In this document: positions 13,238 through 25,223 of the stretch, one piece after another | How the letters are laid out: every line of letters begins with the position of its first letter | Position numbering within the stretch: the stretch's first letter is position 1 | DNA from: Prorocentrum cordatum | Taxonomy: Eukaryota | Direction of reading: 5' to 3' | Length of the DNA: 64,000 bases | Assembly: GCA_963575745.1 (NCBI GenBank) | Contig: CAUYUJ010000292.1 | Span: 186,001-250,000, forward strand | Program-made: the position numbers and the translations under genes | Notes under the pieces: model-generated | Database searches by the model: none | What the model saw: the letters and a program-made list of their open reading frames with translations, nothing else | What the model was told of the DNA's origin: nothing

Positions 13238-13925
13238 GGGTAGAGCATCAGCTCACGCAGCCGACTCTCCCGGCGCCGGGAGGCGCCCGTGTGCATCGAC
13301 CTCGCCTCCTGCGGTCGGGGTCGGACGAAGGGTGGGGGCGAAGCGAAGCGGAGCGGAGCGAAGAGGGCAGAGCCGCCGGAGCCGGACCCTCGAGGCTCGG
13401 CGCGGGGGGGCCGGGGCCCTGGAGGCAGGGAGAAACGGTGCACACGTCCAGACACCCCAAATGCCAGATTCTGCAGGTTGGCCTGCCGCTCCCGGGTGGA
13501 CGCAGTGCTGGTTGGACAAGGGGGGGGGGTCGCGGATCACCTCCCACGGCTGGTGCCTCTGGCGCCTCCCAGCGCTGGAGGCGCCAGTGTATCAAGGAAA
13601 GCGCACGGCGGCGGGGCCGAGCCGCACGCAGCAGACTTCGCATCCCCCTGTTTCAGAGAGGCGCACGACTCGGGCTCCGGGGACTGCGAAACGGCGAGAC
13701 CCGGCTAGAAATGCGCCGACCCCAGAGGTGTGTGCGACTCACCTGTGCACATGTGCACCTATCTCCCTGGAACGGCTCTTACGGAACACGGTCAACCCGG
13801 GTAGTAGGAATGCGCGTTAAGGATGCAAGGGCCTTGGACGCCCATCTCGAGACTTTCCGAGCGGGGCGCGGCCAACGAAACCGGCCAAGGATGGACCAAG
13901 GAGACAAGGATGCAAGGGCACCCAT

Positions 13926-14134
13926 GTTGGGGAGACAGAAGACTCGGGTATGGGGGACTCGGGTTGGCCTGACGGAGGCCATCATAAAAATGACGAGACC
14001 CAATCTGAAATTTGACGCGGGCTCCCGCTGCAAACGTCCCACGAAAACGGTACCGTCAAAATCCAGGACGCGCTCGTCAAAAAAAAGTCGGCAAGCCCGA
14101 GTTCCGGCTTACTCGAGTCTTACGCTTCCCCGAC
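13926..14134. mobile_element. 209-bp MITE with a 3-bp TSD (CAT)
   Basis: GTTGGGGAGACAGAAGACTCGGGTA...TACTCGAGTCTTACGCTTCCCCGAC. Empty-site paralogue at ~14314-14370. Confidence 0.8.
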
Positions 14135-15119
14135 CATTGGGAAGGGTGCCCGTCCTTGCCGTGCGGGTTGACTGCAATGCTCCGCCGACCCCCACACTTG
14201 GCCTCCGCACCCCCCAACCCTTCGCTTGTGTCATTCCGCGCGCCCCCCCCCGCTGGAAATGGAGGGCAAATTGAGGCCTTCGGGTTAGGCTGGGGTGGTT
14301 TGGTGGGCGGTGAGATGCAAGGGCACCCCTTGGGAAGGGTGCCCGTCCTTGCCGTGCGGGTTGACCGCAGTGCTCCGCCGGGCCCCCACCGCCTGGCCTC
14401 GGCACCCACGCCCGTCGCTTCTGTGATACTGCGCGCCCATCCCCCGCCCCGCCCATGGCCTTTTTGTTTCGGGAGCTTCCCACTCGACCTGTGGACGCCA
14501 CGACACTGGACACTCTAACAATCCCATCATTGAATCAAAGATGTGCTTGAAATGTTTGCAACAGGCTCTACAAATGTGCGAAACACGTTCTCACATGATT
14601 AAGACATGTTTGAACCATGTTGTAGACATCTGGAGATGATCTGGCAGCATGCCTCCTCTCCATGGATTGACTTCCACAACACTCAACAATTTCTGGCCCA
14701 AAACGGACCTGCGCCCTCTTCGCTGCGCCCCCCGCAGCGGCCCGGCACACACGCCGGCCGGACCTTCCCTCTGCCCTCGGAGCCCCCCGCCCGACAACTC
14801 CTGACCCAGCGCTGGCCCGCACCGCCCCCTCCCGCGCCGACACCGCGCCCTGGCACCACAGCCGCCCACAGCCCTTGCTTTTCCCAGAGATCCGATGTCG
14901 TCCCTGGAAGTCTCGACCCATTCCCCAGGACCGGCTTTTCATCCTGAGCAGTTGTTTGACTGTCCTGCGGCCCAGCGAGGGCGTCCGGGCCGAATTTAAA
15001 TAAAAGAAAAAAACAAAAAACACAAAAAACGTGTTGATGTGTTTAATATGTTGGCTCTCTGGGTTGGAGCACTCTTACCAGACAATTTCTGGCCCCAACT
15101 CGGCCCAAGCCACCCACCG

Positions 15120-16704
15120 CGCCCCTCGCAGCGCCCCGGAACGCCCCGGAACCCGACCCACACCCTTCACGCGCCCCCCGCCGCGCCCCAGCACCCCAAC
15201 CGCCCACAGCAGGCGTTCTTGGGGCCCCCCACTGGACAATGCCTCGCCCAAAACCGACACACGCCCCCCACCGCGCCCCCCACTGCGCCCTGAGAACCCC
15301 CGCCGCCCAGAACCTGTTTTCTTGGAGGCACCCTGTGTTCTGGGAGCCCGGATCCGACCACGTCCCGGACCTCCCCCGCCGACATCCTCGTCCTCGGGAC
15401 CTCTGTTCTACAGACCCCCACCATAAAATTCCTAGTGCGGATCGGACCCCACCCCAGACCCCACTGCCGACATCCTGGCTTTCGGGACTGCTGTTCTTGG
15501 GACCCCGCAGCCAACCATTTCTGGCCCGAATTCCACCCCGCTTCAGACCCCCCGCCGACATCCTGGTCCTCCGAACTTCTGTTCTTGGGACCCCGCACCC
15601 AACAATTCCTGGCCCAGGCCTGACACCGTCCCAGATCCCCCGCCGACATCCTGATCCTCGGGGCCTCTGCTCTTGGAGCTCCGCACCCGACCATTTCTTC
15701 TTGTCCGGATCCGACCACGCCCCAGACCTCCCCGCCGACATCCTCGTGCTCGGGACTTCTGTTCTTAGGCTTCCGCAAGCGACGATTTCTCGCCCGGATC
15801 CGACCCCGTCCCAGGCCCCTCCGCCGACATCCTCGTTTTCGCGACCCCTGTTTTGGGGGGCCCGCACCCGACTACTTCTGGCCCAGACCCGACCACGTCC
15901 CAGACAGACCCCCCGCCGACCCCGTCGTCCTCGGGACCTGTGCTCTTAGGGACCCCGCACCCGACAATTTCTGGCCCGGATCCAACCCCGTCCCAGACAT
16001 CCCCGCCAGCATGCTGTTTCTCAGGACGTCTGCTCTTGGAGCTCCGCACCCGACCATTTCTGGCCTGAATCCCACCCTGCCCCAGACCCCCCCGCCGACA
16101 TCCTGGTCCTCGGAACTTCTGCTCTTGGGACCCCGCGCGCGAGAATTTCTGGTCCGGGTCCGATTTCGCCCCGGACCCCCCGCCGACGTCCCTGTCCTTG
16201 GGACCTCTGTTCTTGGGACCCCGCACCCGACCATTCCTGGCCTGAATTCCACCCCGCCCCAGACCCCCCCCCCGCCGAGAACCTCGCCCTCGCGAGCCCC
16301 GCTCTTTGAACCCCGCGCCCGACAGCTTCTTACCTGGACCCGACCACGTCCCAGGATCCCCCTGCTGACCTCTGGCCCGGATCCGACCCCGTCCCAGACC
16401 CCCCGCCGACACCCTAGCCCTTGGGACCTCGATCTGTTCCTGGGACCCCGCACCCGACGACCTCACGTCCAGATCCAGCCGCGCCCCCAGGCCCATGCCG
16501 CGCCCCTCGCCGCGCCCTGGAGCCCCTCGCATGCTCTTGCCCTCAACCGACCCACGCCCCCCCCGCGCGCCCCCCCGCCGCGCCCCAGCAGCCCAGCCGC
16601 CCAGAGCAGGCGTTCTTGGGGCCCCCCACTGGACAATGCCTCGCCCAAAACCGACCCACGCCCCTCACCGCGCCCTCCGCTGCGCCCTGAGAACCCCCGC
16701 CGCC
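15120..16704 (+). repeat. ~89-bp degenerate minisatellite (~12 units) between ~190-bp direct repeats
   Basis: ccgccgacatcc...gggaccccgcacccgac...tttctggccc units recur every 86-92 bp. 15120-15307 is repeated at 16500-16704. Confidence 0.85.
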
Positions 16705-16788
16705 CTCCCGGGAGGCCCAGAGAGACGACAACGAGGAAAGGGGAGCGGTAGCGGTAGCAATGCCTTGTCTTCCTCTGACTTGCGCTTA

Positions 16789-16916
16789 GGTCGGGCATGT
16801 CCCCCTACAGGCGGATTGTGGGCGAAAAACAATGGTCAAAACACATGGCATAAAGATGATTTGACTATTGTTATTATTTTTTGGAACTTTCCTCCTGTAG
16901 AGGGACACGTCCGACT
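16789..16916. mobile_element. GTCGGG-family MITE, copy 5
   Basis: TA|GGTCGGGCATGTCCCCCTACAGG...CCTGTAGAGGGACACGTCCGACT|TA. Confidence 0.8.
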
Positions 16917-16955
16917 TAAACTTACGCTCCCCCGACCCCTCGCCCGACCCGACTC

Positions 16956-17107
16956 CTGCAGCCGCTCGCCCCGCTGCTGCTGCGCGGCCTCCAGCTCCCT
17001 CGCGCGGCGCTCCTGCCGCGCAACCAGCGCCAGCAGCCGCGCGGCGCCGCCGGCCCCGCCGCCGCCGCCGCCGCCGCCGCCCGCACCCGCCACGGGCTCT
17101 GCTGCAC
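16956..17107 (-). CDS. Putative host-gene exon (GAAEP...ARLLALVARQERRARELEAAQQQRGERLQ), coiled-coil start
   Basis: 152 nt. The caag| acceptor is in phase with the upstream exon; CAG|ga donor. Confidence 0.6.
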
Positions 17108-17395
17108 CTTGCGGGGCCAACCGCCGCTGCCACGGACGCCCAGGGCGCTGGCAGCGCCGAAGGCCGACCGAGCCAATGTCAGAGGCGGAAGACCGACCGA
17201 GCCCACCGGCGAGACCGAAGACCCAGCGAGCCGACAGCGAGACCGAAGACCGACCGGGGCCGCAGACAGCCCAGCAGGGCGCAGCAGCCCAGCAGCACAG
17301 CAGGCCGGCCGAGCCGACAGCGACCCGCCGCCAGACAGGGCTGCGGCGCGGCCGGACCGAACGGACCGTGGACACACTCCGCCGGACCAGGGCAC

Positions 17396-17765
17396 CAGGG
17401 GAGTCGCCAGGGCCCGCGCCGGCAGCCGCCCCTCCGCCGGCTGCCACGTGCCGCGGCGGCGTCTGCCAGTCCACCGCCGAGCCGAGCTTGCGGGCCCAGT
17501 GGCAGGCCAGCTGCGCGTCCGGGAAGCGCAGCTGTACCCTGACCGGGGCCGCCTGCCGCTGGGGCCTGCCCTCCAGGGACACGTCGCAGCCGCTGAGGCT
17601 CACGCGGCCCACGTCGGCCAGGCTGATGCGCGCAGAGCCCGCCTCGGGCTCCTCCCTCGCCGCCGGCGCGGAGCGCCCCAGCAGCAGAAGCCCGCGCCGC
17701 GCGTCCACCGAGACGAGCCGCGCGTCCTCCGCGCCGCCCGGCAGCACCACCACGGCCAGCTGCGC
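17396..17765 (-). CDS. Putative host-gene exon encoding a PH-like domain
   Basis: AQLAVVVL...RISLADVGRVSLSGCDVSLEGRP...VRVQLRFPDAQLACHWARKL: beta-strand pattern then a helix with Trp. GC3-rich, AG acceptor, GT donor. Confidence 0.6.
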
Positions 17766-17782
17766 CTCCCAGGGCCGCGGGC

Positions 17783-18025
17783 GACGACAACGACAACGAC
17801 AACGACGACGAGAACGACGAGAACGACGCCGACGACGACGACGACGAAGACCATGACGATGACGACTGCGGCGGCGGCGGCGGCGGCGGCGGCGACGAAG
17901 ACGACGAGAACGACGGCGATGACGGCGACGACGACGACGACGAGAACGACGGCGATGACGGCGACGACGACGACGACGAGAACGACGGCGATGACGGCGA
18001 CGACGGCGATGACGGCGACGGCGAT

Positions 18026-18056
<31 letters not shown>

Positions 18057-18120
18057 CCGACGACGACGACGACGCCGACGACGACGACGACGACGACGCC
18101 AACGACGACGACGACGACGC

Positions 18121-18153
<33 letters not shown>

Positions 18154-18222
18154 CGACGACGACGACGACGCCGCCGACGACGACGACGCCGACGACGACG
18201 ACGAGGACGACGACGACGACGC
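17783..18222. repeat. (GAC)n microsatellite in the inferred first intron
   Basis: Direct inspection. Confidence 0.95.
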
Positions 18223-18325
18223 CACAGAAGGCCGAATGCCACCGATGGCCACCAAAGGCCGCTCAGGGCCGCCGTGGGCCGCCGATGGCTGCCGCGGGCC
18301 GCCGTGGGCCGCCCGCCGAGGGGGC

Positions 18326-18445
18326 CTCCGCGGGCGCGGGCGGGGCGGGGCCGGCGGGCGCCGGCGGCCGGAGCGCCGGCGCCGCGGCCGCGCCCGCCGC
18401 GAAACGCCGACGCGCGGGTCGGCAGCGGTCGCCCGGCAGGGCCAT
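18326..18445 (-). CDS. Possible first coding exon of the host gene (MALPGDRC...PAPAE)
   Basis: ATG at 18445 preceded by cccag. 40 codons ending GAG|gc, in phase with the exon starting at 17765. Confidence 0.4.
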
Positions 18446-18531
18446 CGGGCAGTCTGGGAACGTACGGCTTCGCTACCGTGGGCCGATGGCTGATCTGTCG
18501 GCGATATGTCGCTGGTTCCGGGCCACTCTTA

Positions 18532-18727
18532 GGGGAACAGAAAAGTGACATAAACGTAAGAACTCGGAGGTCCGCGCGGATTTCTCGGATCGGCGCTGGA
18601 CCCCCCTCCCTGGCGCGCGGAGCGCGCCAGGGGCGGCGCCGGAGGCTCCGCCGGGGGGCCCCAGCGCCGATCCGAGAAATCCGCGCGGACCTCCGAGTTT
18701 TTATGTTTATGTCACTTTTTGTTCCCC
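18532..18727. mobile_element. 196-bp MITE with ~65-bp TIRs
   Basis: GGGGAACAGAAAAGTGACATAAAC...GGATTTCTCGGATCGGCGCTGG pairs with CCAGCGCCGATCCGAGAAATCC...GTTTATGTCACTTTTTGTTCCCC. Related core at ~49040-49170. Confidence 0.85.
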
Positions 18728-19532
18728 GAACTCTCCCCCCCTGGGCCAGTCCCTCTCCTGTCGACCCCTCGGTGCCCTGCCTAGCCCAGATCCCTTTCTG
18801 CGCAGGGGTTGAGGTAGCGGATGTGCCGCCGGGGCAGCCCGGCGACAGGGGCGATAGCGGCGACACGACAGTGCTTGGATGGCGGCAGTAGCAACAGGGG
18901 CTCGGCGACATTGACTAGGATAGTGACTCGGCGACGTGGCTATGATAGCGACTCGGCGACAATGACGATAGTGCTTGGATGTCGGCATTGGCGGTGGTTA
19001 CTCGGCGACGGTGGCACTAGTGACTCAGCGACAGGAACGACAGCGCTTGAATGGCAAGAGTGACGATGTACTGACTCGGCGTCAGTGGCAATGGTGCCTC
19101 TGGGGCGCTCGTCGGGCCAGGTTCGGATGGTCTCGGGGCGTTTTGCAGCCGATCTGGGGCAGCTCGGCGACAGAGGTCGTGGGTTGCTTTGTTTCTACTA
19201 TTTTTGTTTTGATTAATGTTGTTGTTTGGCTTTACCTTTGTTGCAATATGAAACGACCTCGGCAAGTCTTGGGCAATTGAGGTGTCAGGGGGCCCTTGCC
19301 AGGCCTCGGGGCCGTCAGGAACCGACTCTGGCGAAAGGGCCCAGACCCCTGGGGAGCAGCGTTGTGACAAAAAAAATATCCCGGCAAAGTAACCTAACAG
19401 CGATGTGTAGGAGCATATCTGGAAGCATTCCCCTTACGATTCAGATGAGAATCCAGTTGTAGAATTCTGCCGTTCTCGCAGTCGTAGTCGCATTCGCGAT
19501 GACAGTCGCAGTGGCAACGGCAGTCACAGTCA

Positions 19533-19864
19533 CAGCCTCAGCCTCAGCCTGCCTCAGCCTCAGCCTCAGCCTGCCTCAGCCTCAGCCTGCCTCAGCCTCA
19601 GCCTCAGCCTCAGCCTCAGCCTGCTTCAGCCTCAGCCTCAGTCTGCCTTCAGCCTCGGCCTCAGCCTCAGCCTGCCTCAGCCTCAGCCTGCATCAGCCTC
19701 AGCCTCAGCCTCAGCCTGCCTCAGCATCAGCCTGCCTCAGCCTCAGCCTCAGCCTGCAGCCTCAGCCTGCTTCAGCCTCAGCCTCAGTCTGCCTTCAGCC
19801 TCGGCCTCAGCCTCAGCCTGCCTCAGCCTCAGCCTGCCTCAGCCTCAGCCTCAGCCTGCCTCAG
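19533..19864. repeat. (CAGCCT)n hexamer repeat
   Basis: Direct inspection. Confidence 0.95.
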
Positions 19865-20189
19865 CATTCAAAATGTGGCCCGGGAATGGAGTTCTGGGAA
19901 CTCGAAGAACACGAAGTGGCCTACAGTTGGCTCCGGGCATTCAAAATCATGCCCAGGAATGGAGTTCTGGGAACTCGAAGACCACGAAGTGGCCTACAGT
20001 TGGCTCCGGGCATCCAAAATGTGGCCCGGAATGGAGTTCTGGGAACTCGAAGACCACGAAGTGGCCTACAGTTGGCTCCGGGCATCCAAAATGTGGCCCG
20101 GGAATGGAGTTCTGGGAACTCGAAGAGCACGAAGTGGCCTACAGTTGGCTCCGGGCATTCAAAATGTGGCCCGGGAATGGAGTTCTGGG
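19865..20189 (+). repeat. 73-bp tandem repeat, ~4.5 units
   Basis: CATTCAAAATGTGGCCCGGGAATGGAGTTCTGGGAACTCGAAG...GTTGGCTCCGGG starting at 19865, 19938, 20011, 20083 and 20156. Confidence 0.95.
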
Positions 20190-20479
20190 AGCGCCAAGAG
20201 CGATTTTGCGAGGATGTCCCAAGCGATTTCGGCTTCGGCGGCAGCCGATCCGGGTCCCGCCCCGACCCCCCTGTGGAGTCATCTGCTGCTCTCTTTTGAG
20301 ACCACTAGAAACCTATCAGCAAAAGCTATTAGGTAAAAACGGCGTCGATGTCAGGAATGGTGCTTGGACGCTTTGGCGGGCTTGCTCGGCCAGCTTCTGA
20401 TGGTCTCGGGGCGTCTTGCAGCCGCTGTAGGGCGGTTTTTGACTGTCTTGGAGCCCCCTCCCGCCTTCTGGAGGCCGCC

Positions 20480-21739
20480 TCTTCCTCCTGCTCCTCCTCC
20501 TCCTCCTCCTCCTCCTCCTGCTCCTCCTCCTCCCTTCTCCTCCTCCTCCTCCTCATCCCTCCTCCTCCTCCTCCTCACCCTCCACTCCACCCCTCCTCCT
20601 CCTCCTCCTCCTCCTCCTCCTGCTGCCCTCCTCCTCTCTCCTCCTCCTCCCTCCTCTCCTCTCCTCCTCCTCCTCCTCCTCCTCTCCTCTCCTCCTCCTC
20701 CTCCTCATCCTCCTCCTCCTCCTCCTCCTCCTCCTCCTCCTCCTCCTCCTCCTCCTCCTCCTCCTCCTCCTCCTCCTCCTCCTCCCCCCTCCTCCTCCTC
20801 CTCCTCCTCCTCCTCCTCCTCCTCCTCCTCCTCCTCCTCTCCTCCTCCTCCTCCTCTCCTCCTCCTCCTCTCCCTCCCTACTCCCTCCCTCCCTCCTCCC
20901 CTTCCTCCTCCGCCCTCCCTCTCCTCCCCCTCCTCCCCCTCCTCCTCATTCCTCCCTCCTCCCACTCCCCTCCTCCCTCCTTCCTTCCTCTCCCTCCTCC
21001 CTCCCCCCTCCCCCCCCCTCCATTCTCCCTCCCCCTCCTCCCGCTCCGTCTCATGGATGGGGGTGATGGAGGGGGTGATGGGGATACACCCCTGAGCCAC
21101 CACGCAGAAAAAAACGAGATTGTCTTGTTTCTCCTCCGACCGGCATCCGCCCCCAGCGCGCAGGGCTGGCCGGTACGTCGTCGAGCCGAGCAAGAGAGGC
21201 AAGCGCGCAAGGCAAGGCAGGTGCAAGTTTGGACTACGACAGGCAGGTGTCGTGAGGACGGTGGCGCTTGTTTCTGACACAGTGTGGATCGTTCAATCTT
21301 GAACGATCGCGGCTGTCTGATAGCATGGAGCTCTCGATGCCGATTTTAGGCCACTGGCGGCGTTCAACCTTGAGCGCCCGCGCTGAGGTCGCCGCCGCGT
21401 CGGCACAGCGCCAACCGGCCGCAGCCAAGGTAGGACCCCCTGCAGGCGCGCCCCCTAAAAAGGCAGCCTGCCTTCTGGGGCCCATCGCGGCCTGCTTTTT
21501 CCGAGACGCGCCCGGCCGTGGCGCGCAGGACCTCAGGAAGCGGCTCGAAGGGGCCATCTCGGAAGCCCACGGTCCCCTCCAAAGAAGCCCCACTTGCCTT
21601 CTCAGGAGAAGGCCGCGCCCCCAGACCTTCGCCACACTCTGCGCGCCACTGAGGCCGAGCGCCCGCGCTGCTGAGAGGAGCCGACAACGGGAGGGGGGGG
21701 GCTCAGGGGGCGGACATCTGCCCGCCTAGAATCGGAGTC

Positions 21740-21777
<38 letters not shown>

Positions 21778-21845
21778 TCAATGTTAACGAAAACGACCAC
21801 CACGACAACGACCACGACCACGACCACGACGACGACGACGACTAC

Positions 21846-21877
<32 letters not shown>

Positions 21878-22901
21878 CGACGGCGGCGGTGGCGGCGGCG
21901 GCGGCGGCGGCGGATGACGGCGGCGACGGCGGGCGGCGGGCGGCGGGCGACGGGCGACGGGCAACGACGATGGACGAGGACCGACGGGCTCGAGCGACCG
22001 ACGACGGCGGCGAAGAACGAACGACGAAAATCGGCCTCGGAATCGGCGATGCATCGTGAGTACATCAGCGATGGGCCCCTGGTGGTGACACCGCACGTGC
22101 CTGGGGCAGGATGGGGCACCCATGCCCCGATCGACGATGAGTTGGGGCTCAGGGGTCGATAGCTGTCCAATCACCCTTTTCGTCCTCGGCCTCCTCGTCC
22201 TCGTCCTCCTCGTCCTCGTCCTCGTCCTCCTCGTCCTCGTCCTCGTCCTCCTCCTCGTCCTCTTCCTCCTCCTCCTCCTCCTCCTCCTCCTCCTCCTCCT
22301 CCTCCTCCTCCTCCTCCTCCTCGTCCTCGTCCTCGTCCTCGTCCTCCTCCTCGTCTCCTCCTCCTCCTCCTCCTCCTCCTCCTCCTCCTCCTCCTCCTCC
22401 TCCTCCTCCCTCCTCCTCCTCATCCGCCTCCTCCGCCTCCTCCGCCTCCCTCGCCTCCTCCGCCGCCTCCGCCGCCTCCACCTACGCCTCCGCCTCTTCC
22501 TCCTCCTCCTCCTCCTACTCCTCCTCCTCCTCCTCCTCCTCCTCCTCCTCCCCCTCCTTCCCCTCCCCCTCTCTGCGCCTGTCCCATCCCCCCTTTCTGC
22601 AACTGACCAAACAGGGCCTCACCCATCAATGCTCTCGAAATCGGTCCTCGGGACCCTCAAGGGCCCTGTCCTGGCCATCTCTTCGAGCCGCGTCCAGCCG
22701 TTCCGACGAGAGCCCCATTGGAACGCTCAGAAAGGTCCGAAACGAAGACGTCGACGAAAACAAGACGCCCACGCTGCCTATCCGGTCCCCACGGCCTGCC
22801 CGCACTGGAGAAGAACGAGCACAAAAAACGAGGAGGACGAGAAGGACGAGGAGGAGGAGGAGGAGGAGGAGGAGGAGGAGGAGGAGGAGGAGGAGGAGAG
22901 A

Positions 22902-22932
<31 letters not shown>

Positions 22933-23240
22933 GGAGGAGGGAGGAGGAGGAGGAGGAGAGGAGGAGGAGGAGGAGGAGAGGAGGAGGAGGAGGAGGAAGA
23001 GGAGGAGGAGGAGGAGGAGGACGAGGAGGAGGAGGAGGAGGAGGAAAAGGAGGACGAAGACGAGGGGGACGAGGAGGATGAGGAGGACGAGGATGAGGAC
23101 GAGGATGAGGACTAGGATGAGGACGAGAAGGACGGGGAGGATGAGGACGAGGGCGAAGGCGAAGACGAGAAGGACGAGGAGGAGGAGGAGGAAGACGAGA
23201 ACGAGTAGAATGAGAACGAGGACGCCGCACGAGGAGGAGG
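20480..23240. repeat. Cluster of (CCT)n, (GAC)n and (GGA)n microsatellites
   Basis: (CCT)n 20480-21040, (GAC)n 21741-21915, (CCT)n 22180-22560, (GGA)n 22830-23240. Confidence 0.9.
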
Positions 23241-23652
23241 ACGCCAGGCGAAGCGATGGCCGAGAAGCCAAGCAAGCCGCGCCAGCTGCGGCGGCGGTGG
23301 CACGCGGCGGCGGCGAGGCCCTCTGGTCGCCGCGGCCTGCCCGCGAGCGCCGCCCGCGTCGCCAGGGGGGTGGGGCGCGGCGGCGTGCCCGAAACGGCCC
23401 TCGCCTACACGCAAGAGGGACCTTCCCAAAGAGCCTGGCGTCTCACTTCTTCCCCGCCGGTTGCCCAGGCTCGGGCCCAGGGGCCCTCACAATTCCATGG
23501 CTATCGAACAGAGGCGCAGAAGGAGGGGGTTAAGGCTCTGGTCGTGATGCTTCGCCATGCTGCAGCTTGTTCGCGCCGTCGGATCTCAGGGTTGGGCAAG
23601 CGTGACCTGTGGTGCGCAGCTGTCGGGGGCCCCAGGGGGAGGAGGAGGAGGA

Positions 23653-23897
23653 GGAATGGAATGGAATGGAATGGAATGGAATGGAATGGAATGGAATGGA
23701 ATGGAATGGAATGGAATGGAATGGAATGGAATGGAATGGAATGGAATGGAATGGAATGGAATGGAATGGAATGGAATGGAATGGAATGGAATGGAATGGA
23801 ATGGAATGGAATGGAAATGGAAATGGAATGGAATGGAATGGAATGGAATGGAATGGAATGGAATGGAATGGAATGGAATGGAATGGAATGGAATGGA
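23653..23897. repeat. (GGAAT)n pentamer array
   Basis: Nearly perfect GGAAT units embedded in (GGA)n. Confidence 0.95.
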
Positions 23898-24329
23898 AGA
23901 GGAGGAGGAAGAAGAGGAGGAATGGGAGGAGGAGAAGGAGGAGGAAAGATGGGAGGAGGAGGAGGAGGACGACGACGTCGACGACAAGGAGGAGGCGGAG
24001 GAGGAATGGAAGGAGGAAGAGGAGGAATGGGAGGAGGAGAAGGAGGAGGAGGAGGAGGAGGAGGAAGCGGAGGAATGGGAGGAAGAGGAAGAGGAGGAGG
24101 AGGGGGGGGAGGGAAGACTGTGTGCCCGCACCACAGGTCACTCCTGCGAAAGGTCGCCCTCACAAGCAGACGAGGCCTGGGCGGGAGACGCCCCGGCCCG
24201 CGCCTTGGGCGCGGCCAGGGGCGGCCGCGCGAGGGCGCGGCGTAGGGCCGAGAGGTGCGCGCAGCATCTGCTGCCGAGACATCCGACGTTCTGATTCGTT
24301 CCACAACAAGGAGCCCCAACCGAACCTTT

Positions 24330-24363
<34 letters not shown>

Positions 24364-24840
24364 AGTCGTAGTGCCCCTCCCCTTCCTCCGCCACCTCCGC
24401 CTCCGCCTCCTCCTCCGCCTCCGCCTCCGCCTCCTCCTCCTCCTCCTCCTCCATTCGGATGGGTTCCGACCCTGGGAGATGTCCCGACCCTAACCGGAGA
24501 CAGCTTTTCGTCCCGAGTCGCTGCTCGACGGTCCCAGGGCCCAGCGAGGGCACCAAGGGGCCGAGCACGCCGACAAGAGCCTGCGGGTCGAAATGCTGCT
24601 CAGCACTTCGGGGATCGGGGCGGGCCTGCACCGATCCCGGCTGGGGCGCCGGCGCCGCCGAACGCCAGCCTGCCTCGCCACGGACGTGGGAGCGGGTGCG
24701 GCCCGTGGGGCTCCGAACTCCAAGGGTTCCACCTCGGCGCACTGGCCTACTACAGCACAGACGGAGAGGGCATGATTACAAGATCGTCGTCACCACCACC
24801 ACCGCCATCACCACCACCACCACCACCGTCATCATCATCG

Positions 24841-24916
<76 letters not shown>

Positions 24917-25176
24917 ACCTATGAGGCAGCACTTCGGGTACTCAGGAGGGTGCCAGGGGAATGGGTGCATGTTTCGGTCTGTGATTGGCGTCGGATCGGG
25001 TTCGCGCACCATGTATCGAACGCAACTCTCTCCATACATGTACTAGAACCACGCGCGCTCCTCGCACGCGTTTACGTTCTAGCCCAGCCCATGGCGCTGT
25101 GATGGCACAGAGGCCGAGGTTTGCGGGCGACTCGCCGTCAGAGAAGGGTTGCTGTCGTGCGTCGTGCGTCGTGCGA

Positions 25177-25223
<47 letters not shown>

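Noticed and set aside
16836..18911. 691-aa single-exon CDS
   Set aside because: It reads through a MITE and a (GTC)n tract; only the internal exons look coding.
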